Shown in pieces: positions 35,095-47,410 of a stretch of DNA of 64,000 nt. The stretch is from contig JAYWIR010000011.1 in assembly GCA_036172245.1 (NCBI GenBank), forward strand, positions 558,001 through 622,000, written 5' to 3'. The DNA is from Raillietiella orientalis. Its lineage: Eukaryota. A program made the position numbers and the translations under genes. Below the pieces are notes generated by a model that saw only the letters and a list, made by a program, of their open reading frames with translations, had not been told where the DNA came from and searched no databases. Within the stretch, counting starts at the first letter, position 1. Each line of letters opens with the position of its first letter.

Positions 35095-37490
35095 CTGTTG
35101 GGAGAGAATTGACACAGGGTGCTCACAGTCATCACTCCCGAAGGGGGACAGGCAGGGGGGGAAAGGGGGGGGGGAATTGCGAGAAGGGGGGAGGGGGCGG
35201 CGATAGCATTCTTCTAATAGAGAGAAGGATTCTATCCCATGCTACAGGAAGAACCAGTAGGACTCTGAACTAATAGCAAAGGAAGGCTGCCCCGCCCTGC
35301 GGGTATTCATTCCCCAAGTGGACCCGATGGGAGAGAGCCGGGGGAGAGTCGGCTGTGGCGCGGTCGTGGTCGCACCTGCCGGGGGCAGCTGGGGGTCGCG
35401 GGCGCTTTCCGAGGCACGCAGTCCGTCTCGGAGCGCACGCCACGCGCGCTCGAGCCCGACTTGGCGAGCGGAAACATCGCCAGCGTCTTTTCGGTATCGG
35501 GCAGCTGACGTCACTACGGATCGCACGAATGAGGCTGCTGCTCGCCCGACTTCAAATGCCCACCGCGTAACAATAAGGTTGTATTTTTGGATCGAAAGGT
35601 AAAAAAAAAAAAAAAAAAAAAAAAAGGCCGATGCGGAGGATTTTTCACAGTTCTAATGGGATTGTAATTGCTGGGCAGAAGAGAAAATGTGTCAAGATGG
35701 TGGTGGTGATGGGGAAAAGGAAGGAGGGGAGAGTGTGTAGCAATTCCAAACAGCAAAACTCCAATAAATTAATTTGCGATTCTTCACTTGCCGAAGGTCT
35801 TCCGGGAGCCAAAGAGCGGGTCGCACCGGACCGGAAGGAACCCACCTAGAAGGCAACCGCCTAAGGGAAAGGGGTGGGGGACCTGAGTCCCAAGACGAGG
35901 ACACAAGAGATCGTTTGAGTGCTTCTTCGTGGCGGTTGGCTGTCCACAAGCAGTCCAGGAGAGCATCGGCAAGCGAAAAAGAACGGCACAAGAAGGCACG
36001 TCTCGTCCTCCCAGCTGGCCAAGCGTGGGGGGTGGGGGGGCTCCTCGGGTCCGCACTGGGACCCACGCGTGCGCGCATGGATCCTCTGCCCTCGCGCCCG
36101 CATGAGCACAGCAGGCATGCGTGCATCGATTCGCTCAGGAAGGAAGACACTCGAGGTTTGTGCATACACGTTTCCGCTTTGTGTACATGTGTGTGTATGT
36201 GCACGCATGTGCGTGTGTGTGCGCACACACGAAGCCCGGATGTGTGCGGCTTCGCTCGCAGGCCGCGGAGGCAGGAGGCGACGGGAGAATCTTCGGATGC
36301 GTCCGGGTCCAGAGTCCCTCTCGATGAGCTCGCCTTCGAGGAAGGAAAGTCCGCAAGAGCTCAGAGCTCTTCGCGGTTTTCCTTGGCGGAGAAACCTTCC
36401 GCGGTGTGTACCTAGCCTGGGGTCGCTCGGAAAAAGGGGCGGTTTCACATGGGTCAGTGCGTGAAGGTCACGATGCTCATCGTCATCATCATCGTCATCA
36501 TCACTATTATTTTTCTTCGCGACCATCACCGCGGAATCTCCTGGAATGCGTCGGTGAACCGGGTGGGAGGAGTTGCGGATTTTCGGGCTAAGCTCCGCAC
36601 GGAGCGGAAGGCCACAAGAGGTGAATTCCAAATGACAGGACGGCCCCTCTAAGAAGAGCCACGTGCTCCTCCGCCCACGCTCCGGGGAACCTTCGGAAAA
36701 CAACGGCTGCGTGCGGCGCCGCGGCAGCCCACACGGCCGCCGCTGCACCCATGCGTGGTGGACCCGGCCTTAGCGGCGCGGCGAGCGCCCTTTTATCGAC
36801 GGAGGCGCGCGCCATCTTGGAGGGAGGAAGTGCAACTGACAGCAACGAAAACAAAATCCAGCAGAGATGCGAGATTCAAGGGCGACAGCCAAAATGGCGA
36901 CTGCCAAGGCAGACTTCTGCCGCTTCCCCCCCCTCCCCCCCTTCAAATGAAAAACCGCACGCCCACCCGCCCACACGCGCGCACAAATCACGTGTTCTCT
37001 GCGAGAAGAGCTTGGCACGCGCAACAACGTGGCGGGACCCGTCCCCCCCCCCCCCTCGACGGGGAAAGCTGCGCGAGCGCACGCGCCGTGTGGAAGCGAG
37101 GGAGGAGGAGAAGGGCCCGCTCCGGTGGAGGTCGCAACGGAAGCTGGGCGGAAAATCTCGCTCGTCTTCTTTGGCGGGGCAGCGACGAGTCACGGTCGGG
37201 GATCCAGCGGAGCAGCAGCAGCAGCAGCAACCCGGAACTTTGGGTGGCGGTGCGAAGGAGGAAAGCACTCGGCGCCAGAGGGGAGAGGGAGGGAAAAGCG
37301 GGAGCCCCCTCTTCCTCGAACTCTCCCATTCCCCTCGACCGAGGCCCCGAAGGGATCGGCGGCTTCCGCAGGGAGGTGAAGGGAGGGAAGGAAGAAGGGG
37401 AAGGGAGAGGGGGAGGGGGGGTCGGGTGGTGGGAGGGAAGAGGAAAGCAGGAGGAAGAGAGGAAGAAGAAAATGCCTCAAAAATGTCAAC

Positions 37491-37669
37491 CTGCAGCCCG
37501 GATCTCTGAAGTGACCTTTGCTGTAGATGATGCCCTGGAACGGCTCGTTGAACTGGAGGCTGACCGACATCCCCTCCTTCTCGCACTTGACGTCCAGTTT
37601 TTCCACGTGTGGCATGTGGTGGTGGTCGCACTCGTCGTCGTCCAGGATTTGGGACCGGCCACCGTCCAA
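37491..37669 (-). CDS. ZP unit B coding exon 2: first half of ZP-N (LDVKCEKEGMSVSLQFNEPFQGIIYSKGHFRDPGC)
   Basis: Acceptor GTTCCAG|TTG, donor TGCAG|GTTGAC; 179 nt, phase 0->2. Has the classic cuticlin/ZP-N PFxGxIYSKG motif. Confidence 0.93.
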
Positions 37670-38423
37670 CTGGAACGGCAGGCCCGCTGTTTCTTTCGGA
37701 ATTCCCGGGGAGCTGCGAGCGGGGTGGGGTGGGGAAAAGGAGGAGGAGGAAAAGCAGAGAGGGGTCACCGAAGGCAGGCGCCGACGCTGGAAGGAGGGAG
37801 ACCTCCAGGAAGAGGAAGGAAAGGCAGGGGCGAAGAGATCCGCCGCCGCCGTATTCCCTTCCCCGCCCGCGCACGCGTCGCAACCGGGCGGTGGAGGCGC
37901 CGCCCACCACAGCGCACGCGCGTGTGGTGGGCGCAGGAGACAACAACAAAAAAAAAAAAAAAGAAACCCTGCCGAAAACTCGTTTTCCTGTGATACGGCG
38001 CCTCGCTCGGAACTCGTTATGGTAATGAAGGCGACGCGGGGTCAGCCCGGTGACCTCAACGGGAGACGCCCAGGAGGTTCGTCCACAAGGCCGCCGTCGC
38101 GCCCGGGGAACCGCGGCGCCCGCCGGCAGCAAAGGCGAGCATCGCCGTGCTGCCGCCATCTCTTCTTCCTCCCCACCCTCTCCACCTGTTCATTCCCGTG
38201 GGAGTAAACAGTCACTTTCCCCTTCGCCTGGGACGGACGGACGCTCCTGGAGGAACGTCCGTCCGCCCTCCTGCCTGCCGAGCTCTGCGTCTCTCCGAGC
38301 GTCCGTCGCGCCCCCTCCCGGAAGCGCCCGGGCGGCCTCTGAGGGGAGGCGGCGGGAAAGTGGGAGGGGACGGGGGTAAGGGAGCAGGAGGGGGCGACAG
38401 CCGAAAAAGGTGGACGTACTTAC

Positions 38424-38471
38424 CTTCCCGAGGAGGAATAGCAGAAGGAACAGGAAGCTGCGCGTTTCCAT
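38424..38471 (-). CDS. ZP unit B coding exon 1: signal peptide METRSFLFLLLFLLGK
   Basis: GCCATGG start context, hydrophobic core, donor AAG|GTAAGT, phase 0. A strong acceptor (TTCTCTCTCTGCCCCCAG, 38481-38479) 7 nt upstream implies a non-coding first exon. Confidence 0.88.
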
Positions 38472-39299
38472 GGCGAACCTGGGGGCAGAGAGAGAAGAGG
38501 AATGAAAACACTCGCGACCGCGGGGACCAAGGGCGATGGGGAGAGGAGGAGGACCACCGCCCTTGGCCGGAGGGCGTCACTGGCCGGACGCGGACGCTGC
38601 GGGTTCACATCCGGCCTGTGGGAGGAAGACCAGGGAGGGCACTGGGCTCGCATAGCGCGAGGAAGGGGGGGGGGAAGGGAGGGAGGGAGGAGGAGGAGGG
38701 GTCGCATGGACGGATGAGGAAAGGGGACGAATGCCCCCGTCCCTGCACCCGAGCGGACGCTGAAGCAGCACCAGACGCGCCAGCATCCACCAGGAGGGGG
38801 CACAGTGAGGCGGCCGACCCTTCCTCCTTCCTCTCGCCGGGGCCTCGGGAATCCCTGGAAGGAGGGAGGTGGGGGGTTCTCCCTGCGTGCTTTCACGCCT
38901 GAGGGACGGGAGACCCGGGGCGCGCCGGAGCACCGCCGTCCTCGTGACCGAGCCAAGGGCGGCGAAGCGCTGGCACCGCGCAGTGTCCGTAGGGGGACCG
39001 GGTAGGGCGGCAGCGAACGCCGGGGACGATGGTGGTGGTCGGGTGCCGCCCCTCTCACCCTCCTCTCCCCTTACTTCCGTCTCGACAGAGTCCCTCCCTC
39101 CCCCACGCAAGCGGGCCTACCGCACTTCCCGGGCCGGGGACGCACCTTCCCTCATGAGCTACAGGAAGGGGAAAGTCACTGGTCCTTGCTCCTTGGCACG
39201 GCGGTGGCCGGTGCTGGTCGTCGTGGTCCGAGGCATCCCCGCGGCGGGCGTGTCGTGGAGGGCGCGCTCGACGTGTTCCACACACAGCAGCACGGAAGA

Positions 39300-39660
39300 C
39301 CGGAATGCCGAGGCCGGCCGTGGAGCGCCGCCACTCTTATACCACCGCCGCCGCCGCACGCTTTCCTTGAGACTCTCCCCGGCGGTGGGTCCCCGGCACC
39401 TCCCTCTTTCGCGCGCGCGCCCGCTTGCCTCGCGCAAGCGGCCGCTTCCCAGGCTGCCCCCGTGCAGCGGCCGCACGCAAAACGCCGGCGGACGGCGTCA
39501 CCTCCCTTGCCGTGACGTCACCCCCCGGTCGCGTCCAATGAGAAGCGCGCCCTGCTCGCTCCGCGTCGCCGCTCGCGCGAGCGATGCCGCGTGCGGGCGT
39601 GCGCCCGCGACACGCAGCGCGCGCGAGCCCTTGCGCAGGGCGGGCGGGCGGGCGGGCGCA
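39300..39660 (-). promoter_or_regulatory. Candidate core promoter of the ZP locus
   Basis: TATAAGAG at 39341-39334, Inr-like GCATTC about 35 nt downstream (39308-39303), TGACGTCA at 39513-39520, CCAAT at 39535-39539, GGGC repeats ~39638-39658. A possible donor GTAAGG at 39074 could close a 5'UTR exon. Confidence 0.4.
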
Positions 39661-40027
39661 GAGACCGGGCGGTGGCGGCGGCTCTTCTCTTTCACTTTCG
39701 TCATCCCAGAGCGCGAGCGAGTGGACGGGCAACTTTCGTGCCACCCGCGCGTAAAAGTCGGACGGCGGTGCGAAGACGGGCGCCCGCGGAGACCGGCTCT
39801 CGCGGATGCGCCGTGAAGGACAGCTGGACGCGGCCGAGTGCGCGGACGGGTGCCGGAGCGGGTGGAGGGAAAGGGGGGGGGCGAAGGTGAAGACCACGGG
39901 CAGGAAGGGGGGGAGGGGAGGAAGTTTCCCCTCTCTTCCTCCGCTCGGCAGTCTTCGGACCACCCGCTTTCCTCCTCTTCCTTCTGCCCCCCCCCCCTCC
40001 CAATCTTCCTACTCCACCCCTCCCCTC

Positions 40028-40030
<3 letters not shown>

Positions 40031-40090
<60 letters not shown>
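40031..40090. repeat. (CT)30 microsatellite
   Basis: Perfect dinucleotide run, (GA)n on the gene strand, about 0.7 kb upstream of the candidate promoter. Confidence 0.97.
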
Positions 40091-40094
<4 letters not shown>

Positions 40095-43000
40095 GCCCGC
40101 CCCCGCTGCAGCCGCAAGGGTGGCCTCGGCGGGACGGGTGGCGGCGACGCACGGACGCCACCGGTGCCACAGCCAGTCAGTTCCGAGGGTCTCCCATGGC
40201 AACGGCTCGTGGGCGGCCGGCCTCTCTCCAAAACGTCTGACCTCCCCTCCCCTCCAATCGTCACGGCTCCTCCCCCTCTCCTCTCGTCGGAGGGAGAAGG
40301 ATTTCGGGGGTCCCGAGCGTGCCCCTGCTGGCGGGACGGCGGCGTCCCAGACGGGAGCGCGCCGCGAAGCTCAGGCGGAGGGAGCGGTGCCCAGGGACGG
40401 AGGGAGGAAGAGGAGCGGGGTGCCTCAGGCGAGCCTCCCTGCCCCGGAAAGGCAATCCCCGAAGGGACTCCCGGGGCAGGTTTCCGGGATCCAAGCGAAG
40501 AGAGGAGGCGACCCCCACTTTTCGGGAAAGGTGGGTGGGACGGAGGGACGACGGTGGGAGCACGTGGGGGTCGCAGAAACGGCCCTCGCTCCGCAGCCCA
40601 GGGAGCCTCGTCCTCCCTTCCCCTCCCTCCTGGGGCTCACGAAGGGCCCCGAGCGGATTCCGAATGTATGCAACCCGCCGCTCTCGCCTCTCTTCCCAGC
40701 CTTGGGAGCCGCGCGCCGACCCCAGGAGCCATCGACCGGAAGGAATTTTGCTGAGGGAGCTGTCCGGCAGCCCACTAAAAAGAAGATGGGACGTCCGGGG
40801 TGGGTCGGGGAGAGGGCACGTCCTGTCCGACGCCGGAGTTGCCCTCCCCGCGGCGGTGGCGGTCGCCATCTACGTCCCAGCCACTAGCAAAGTCATCGAC
40901 GCCCTCCTCCGCTCCTGCAACACCATCCCCCTTCCTTCCGGTCCCGAGGCCCTTTTCCTGAGGCGCCGTCGAGGGTCCTCCCGGGTCGCCGGTCGGTTTC
41001 CCGGGAGCCCTCAGCAGTAGCGTCCGGCTACCCACTGCCCCTTGATCCCCCTTCACTCCAGCTGCCGGGAACGCGTCTGCGCTCCCTGCCCTGACCTGCA
41101 CTGCTCGGCTGCTGCTGAGCCCGGGGGAGGGGGATGCGGGCGGCGCGCGAAGGCGTGGGGCCCTGAAGGAGGCTCGGGCGTGACTTAGGTGGCGTCCATG
41201 AGGGGGGGGGGGCGCAGAAACGGGCGTTTTCCTCGGAGGAGCGCAGCTTCCCTCCTCCTTGACCCAGAGGGGTCTTTCGCAGCCAGCCAGCCCGACCCTC
41301 GGCCCTGTCCCCTGGATAGCCCGAGCTCCCAAGCGCGAGCCCCTCTCTCGGGCAAGGTCCCGCGAGGGAATGTCCTCCCTCACCTCTTCCTGCCCCGTGA
41401 CCAGGAGTTTCCGGTTCAGCGGAACCTCCGCCTTCTCAGACGCGAGAGGGGTAGAGGTGGGGGGTGCATGGGGCCTCCCTGTCCTGGTCGCTCCTCCATC
41501 CACTGCGTGCCTGCGGAAACAGCCGGAGGGCAAGCGAGGGCTCGCGCTCGCCCGGAGGTCGGGGTGCCAGGCGGAGGCGGAGGAGTCCCCAGCAGGGATC
41601 TGTAGCGAAGAGGGAACGGTGCTCCCCTCATGACGGCGACCTCATCCTCCTCCTTTCCTGATCAATCCCTCCTTCCTGCTCCCCTGCACGGCAGGACTGG
41701 AGGAGTCCCCTTCCCTGCACCACCCTTCCAGCCCCGCAGTCGCCCGAGGTGTCCCCCGCGTTTGATGCCCCCGTTGCTGCGGCAACTGGGGTCTCCCATC
41801 CCTTCTCTCTCCTCCTTCTCACCCTGCAGCCGATGCCTGCGTTACACGGTGGGAAGCATGGCTGGAGCGGATGCTGCGGTCCACGCAGCATCCGATCCCG
41901 CGAAGAGAAAAAGCTGGACCAAGTTTCTCGTCCCCAGGGTCCAGGCGTTCTAGGCTGCTCCTTCCGAAAGCTCGCGAGTCTGTGACCACCGTAACAAAAA
42001 AAAAAAAAAAAACGGAGGAGGTCAGGGATCTCTAGGAGGAGGACGGCTGTTGAGTCTCCTTCGAAATAGGTCCGAAGTGAGGAGGACGAGGAGGAAGAAC
42101 GGTCCGAGGTCTTAGATGAGCGACACCTGGTGGTGGCGGGAAGATCCTCGCGTTCGGATCGCGCCTCCGATATCGGGGTAGGAGGGCCGTGTGCAGATGC
42201 AGGGCGCGGGCGCAGCAGTATCGACGGTTCGAGGCATCACGGGGCCGGGTCTGCTCGGCCGGGTTGGACACAGGCTTCCAGACACCACCACCACCAGCAG
42301 CAGCTGCGGTGGCAGCGACCACCCACTCGGAACGATGCGGCGCTCCCTTCCTTCCTCCCCCTTTCCCCCCTAATGCTCGCCCCACCCAACCTGCTCTCCG
42401 CAGCAACAGGGAGAACGCCCTCTCGAGAGGCCGCCGCCGACCGCCCCTAGCGGTGGAACGGGCTTGAGACGTGAAGGGTTCCTCCTCCCCCTTCCCTCTT
42501 GGTCCGGGTCTCTTCCGTGGATGGGCGGGTGAAGAAGGGAGGACTTCGGCTCGTGGAGATGGAGAGCAGCACGTGTACACGTGGACGACAGCGATGATGA
42601 CGACGGCGATGGCCCGAAGATCGTGGTCACACCCACGGCAGTGATGTGTTCCGGGTTCCTCTGCCGCCGGGATGGATCTTCCCGCCACTTGGGATTTGCT
42701 GCCCAAGTGGCAGGAAGGGCGCTTGCCCCCCATTTCAAATTGCTGAACGCACGCGCACCTCCTGGACGCTCCTGTACCCGATCCTCGCCAAGGGTACGAT
42801 CCAGGATGCTTCCACGACGACGGTGTGTCCGGTCCAACCCGGTCAACAGCTCCGGGGTGTGTCCATTATTGAAAAGACAGGCAAGCGAACTGGGGGAGCG
42901 GTTGCCAAGGGAAACGGAAAGTTCGGGGGGAGGGAGCACCGCTCCTCGCAGGGCAAGTCCGGAGGAGGGGAGGGGGTGGGGGACAATAAATAATAGATGA

Positions 43001-45099
43001 GGGAGGGGGAGGACAGGATGTCCTTTGGTCCAGGACGCTCTTCCCTCCCTAGCGACGGCGTACAGGGTGGGCGATCTCCCCAGCGACTTCGTCGTGGTCC
43101 AGATGGGGCCGCCACCTCGCTGCAGTCCTCACGTGGACGTTTGCTGTGCTGGTGACCTCCCGTCGCCGTGCCCGACACTCCAGCACATGGCGGTCGGCCG
43201 GTCACTGCTACGGGGCGGATGCAACAAAAATCGCCGCTGCTCGCGGGCGCGTCCGCCCGCCGCGCGCGAAGGAGCGTCGCAGCGGACTCTCTGGCGGTGT
43301 CCTCCGGGTGTGGCCTCTCTGAGGTGAGCTGCGGCCACCGATCTCGGAATGCGCCGCCGCAGTCCAGCGGCAGGCGAGGGAAGGGAAGGGGGAAGGGATG
43401 ACGACTCTCCTCCCTCCTGACCCCGCCCCCTTTCCTCCCGGGAAGCGAGGAGCCGACCGCGCTGAAAACCCCGGTGCGGAAGCACGCGGAGCGGCACCTC
43501 GTGCTTCCGCTGTGCGCGGGAGAGCGCCGAAGAGTCCAAACGCTCCGAAGGGGGGGGAGCGACTACGGCGACCTGCGCGGCGGCAGGGAGGAAGGAAGAC
43601 GCCGCTGCCGCCGAATGCCCGTCGTCAAGCCGCCGCCGCCGCCGCGCCTCCAAGTCACGTGACCTGGAAACGTGATCTATGGGTCTCGGAGTGAGCACTC
43701 TCATTGGAGTGGAAAGCGATCGACTCGGGACGAGGAGGCAAGATGGCCGCCGCCGAGAGGCCTGCCTGCCGGTCTTCCAAGCAATCGACGCGAGGACTGT
43801 GGGGAGGGGGAGGGAGAAAGGCAGGGGAGCGGCAGCCAACGCGACTCGCCGAATCGAAAGGCTGCACGTGGTTCAGGGCAGAAGGACTCACCCAACGCGT
43901 GCCATCGGGCCGGTTGCCTCCAAGGGTTCCCCTAGAAATCCAGCACCCTCTGCTACCCGTGCGTCCAGAAGGCTCCTCCCGGGAGGCTGTGTGGGGGGGG
44001 GGAAGGGGGGAGAAGCGCACGCACACGCAAACCGAGCGCCTCGAAGGAAAGCAAAAGGAAGACAGTGTCGTTTCGGGATTCTTCTGGAACTTTTCCTGAC
44101 GCGTTTTCCAGGCTGGAAGCCAAACCGGAAGAACGTTCGAGTGCACACGCGATCCGCCACAGCAGCTGGGGACTGCGCGGAAAGCGGACAGTCACCCTGC
44201 CTATGATCCGCGGGCCATCGTCCCGGCAACGCCGTCTTCCGGACGGCACGACGCTGCGCAGGGGGACCAGCACTGGGAACCGGCGAAGGGAGGGGGGCGG
44301 GGCTGTCGAGTGTTTCCCAGCTGCATCCGTGATGCAGGGTCGCGGCGCAGGGCCGGACCGGGAAGCGACTCGGAACCCACCTGGACCGGAGGCGAGGATC
44401 ATCTCGGGCCGCTCGGAAGCGCGCACGAAAGGAACTCTGGCTTTCGCCCTGGATTGCTAGCGCTTCCTTCCTTCCTCAGATGGAGGGCGGGAGGTGGTCT
44501 GGTCCGGCGCCCCAGTCGGCTCCCTTCCAGAAGGAAATCCCGGAAGCGCCTCCTCCGGACGAGCCCCCTGGCAGCGGGACGCGCCGCCCACCGGAAGATT
44601 TGCGGCGTCGCCTCCCGGAATCGAAACGCCGCAGCACGTGCGGGAGACATCACCCTCGCGGCGGTGCGCCAAGGCGTCAGCCTCGCCTTCGACGCGTCTT
44701 CGCCACCCACCCGTGAGTTTCCCCAAGCTGAGTCTCGGGACGTGCGTGTGGGGAGGAGGCCGCAAGGACATGGAAGTTCCTGACCTCACCCTCAGCCCAG
44801 AAAAACTCGGGCGCGGACGCTACGAGGTGTACAGAATCGTAAACAGGTAACGCGCGCGTCCTGGTGCTGCTTTGCGTCATCGAACGTCCCATCGATTCGC
44901 GAATATTCTGCTGCACACCTCGTGGTGTTCGCGTCCGAGTTTCTCATGGCCAAGATGCAGCTGCGGATGCTGCGCAAGATGCCAGGCTCTAAGGTGATCC
45001 AATGGTAGTCAGCGTACGGTTGGTCGCAACGCAATCGAACGCGTTCCGTACGGATATTCAAACTGGTTCATTGATGAGCTGACTCATTTTACGGCACTG

Positions 45100-45835
45100 G
45101 AGCAAAGCTGGAAGCTGGAGGTCTCTGTTGGCTGGCCGCCGGGATGGAAGGTCGACCCTCCGGGTTCCTTCCGGGAATCAAGGGGCCGGCTCCCTTCGGA
45201 CTTCCCCTCGGGTTACGGAGATGAAGCCGTCCTGCCCTCCTTTCCTCAGGGGAGGACCCTCCATCTCGTACCATGAAGCTGGCGGTGGATGGATCTCTCT
45301 CTCTCTGGAAGGCATTGCTCTTTTCAGGGAGCGCCCTCCAGAGAAAATTGGGCAACTTCCCTTCAGTGTTCTCTTCAGAGGAGGAGGGAGCAAGGAGCGG
45401 TTCCCATCAGGGTTTTCGTCCCGGAGAAGAAATTCTGGAAGCGGATCCTTCCCTGGTTTCTTTCGGATAAGAAATTTCGGGAGCGGAGAGAATAAGGGAG
45501 AGGTTCTTTTGGGAGGTTCTCTCGGATTTGAGGTGTGAGAGGTGAGCGTGAGAGGAATGTACTCCCTTCCGAAACCCTTCCTGGATTCACAGGGTGGCCC
45601 CCTCCCTGGATCGCCCTCTATAACTCGAAGGGTCCTACGCACCCTCGGGCGGCGTGGACGGCGTCAAAGAGCCCCGTGAGCGCCCCCCATCCCTCCCCCC
45701 CTAAGGAGGCAAACGGTTTTTCAGCGCTCCTCGAGAACCAAGGAAAAGGAAAAACCTGAAAAAGAGAGAAAAAGAGGGGAAAAAGGCTGGAAGGGAAGCA
45801 GAGGAAGACAGAAGATCCCGCAAGGACATTCCTCT
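45100..45835 (+). mobile_element. Interspersed repeat copy 1, probable Penelope-like thumb/linker fragment, nested antisense in the 44.7-47.8 kb relic
   Basis: Clear nucleotide colinearity with 60875-61490 (e.g. TCGACCCTCCGGG, CCCTTCGGACTTCCCCTC, TCGTACCATG, TTCCTGGATTCAC, CTATAACTCGAAGGGTC, GCGTGGACGGCGTC). Translates as GSLRTS..KPS and SYHEAGGGWISL. Confidence 0.8.
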
Positions 45836-46439
45836 CTTCACGCGTTCATCATTGCCACTTGGTGTAGTCAACGAGGGTTCGTTCTTTTGCGCCGCTCGAC
45901 CACGCCTTATTGGCCCACGACGTGGTCGTCGGGAGAGTGGCTTTCATTGCGCGCAATAGCAAGGCTGCAGCCGAGCGCGGCTGCAGAAAGAATCCACCGT
46001 GGAGGCAGAAAAGACAAGAGCCGGAGGGAACTGGCCGACAAGTTCAAGGCTTGGCCCTGGATGGTCTCCTGGATTCTCGAAAAGCTCCTTGCCAGATTCA
46101 GCGGCCACTGGAACCTGCCTCTCATTCTCAAGTAGAGGGGAAACCATTCACCGTGGGTTTCGCCACATTGCGAGAACTTTCCATGCCCAGCCCCACGTCT
46201 CCAGTTTGGAGCCCTTGAGGATTCGCTTTGCAAACAAAGAAATTCGGGAGAAAGAAATTTTTTTTTCGTGGTGGTCCTCTTCATCTTCGACGGGAGCAGA
46301 TACTGTGGGACATGTGTGGCAAAGCTCTGCCGGACGAAAACCCAGGGTCTTCTGTTCGTTACCGAGGTCAGCTTTTCCAGGTGAAACAGAGCGTCGGAAC
46401 GCGTTCTGCTTCCATGCCTTCAGGTAAGGCGCAGTAGAC

Positions 46440-47410
46440 GCCCCGGCACAACCGGGTGATAATCATCATGGGTTCACCTTCCCCCCTCCCTTTCTCTCCC
46501 TCCCCGTGCAGAATTCCCTCTCCCTTGTTTTGCTTGTTTATTTTTTGTTTTTGTTTCCCCTTCCCCCGAGCTGCCGAAGGACGGACCTCACCGGTCTGCA
46601 TGCCGCCTCTTCGGCAGGTTCGTTGTACATGGTGAAACCAAGGGTTCCACCGCACCAATGTGTCTTCACCACCCAATGTAATCAACGCACAACAGGAACA
46701 ACCGGGTGAGAATCATCCAGGCGTCTCTGGTGTTGCGTGTGTGTGGGGGAGGAGGGAGGATCCCGTGCGAAGCGCTCCTTCACCACTTTCAACGGAGGGG
46801 TGGGTTGGCAGGTTCAGAAAGAAAGAGCCTCTCCCGCACCTGCTGTTGGACTGTGGGCTTTGGGATCGCCTTGCTGCGACTACCCTAAGAATTCCGGTGT
46901 CGGGCAGTCCCACAGGGACATTTTCAGATGCCTCTTCGCGCGAGGTGCCGCGCTGAAGCCAGCCGCCTCCCTCGCAGTCCTCTGCTGTCTCCGCGGGATG
47001 CGGCAGTCTGGAACTCCAGAAGGAGAGACCGAAGTGGCAGGGACGCAATCCAATCGGCGCAGATCTTCCTGAAGACGGCCTCGAGGCGGCCCCGTCTGGG
47101 AGATATACGGGCAGAACTTGCCAGCACCCTCAACAGAATGCAGAGGACGCCTGGCAGCGCGCCATGATCCCTTCCTCGGTCCCCCTCCCCGTTTAAAGAT
47201 CCCCCCCCCCTCTCCACCCTGTTTTTGTGTGTTTTATTTTGTTGTTGTTGTTGTTGCCTCCCCTTTCCCCACGCTGCCGGAAGGCGAACCTCGCCGGTGT
47301 TCTCTTTGGCAGGTTCGTTGCACGTGGTAGAACCAAGGGTCCCACCGCACCAATGCAGTTTCATCACCTTATGTAATAAACTCGCCGGCACAACCAGGTG
47401 AGAATCATCG
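46440..47410. repeat. Local direct duplication (~46520-46715 vs ~47220-47410) plus a third short copy at ~46443-46468
   Basis: Shared GGCAGGTTCGTTG, AACCAAGGGT(T/C)CCACCGCACCAATG and ACAACC(G/A)GGTGA(G/T)AATCATC. Confidence 0.85.

Noticed and set aside
33687..35273. Long plus-strand ORFs overlapping unit B (e.g. 34368..35273)
   Set aside because: Antisense shadows of a GC3-rich real exon.
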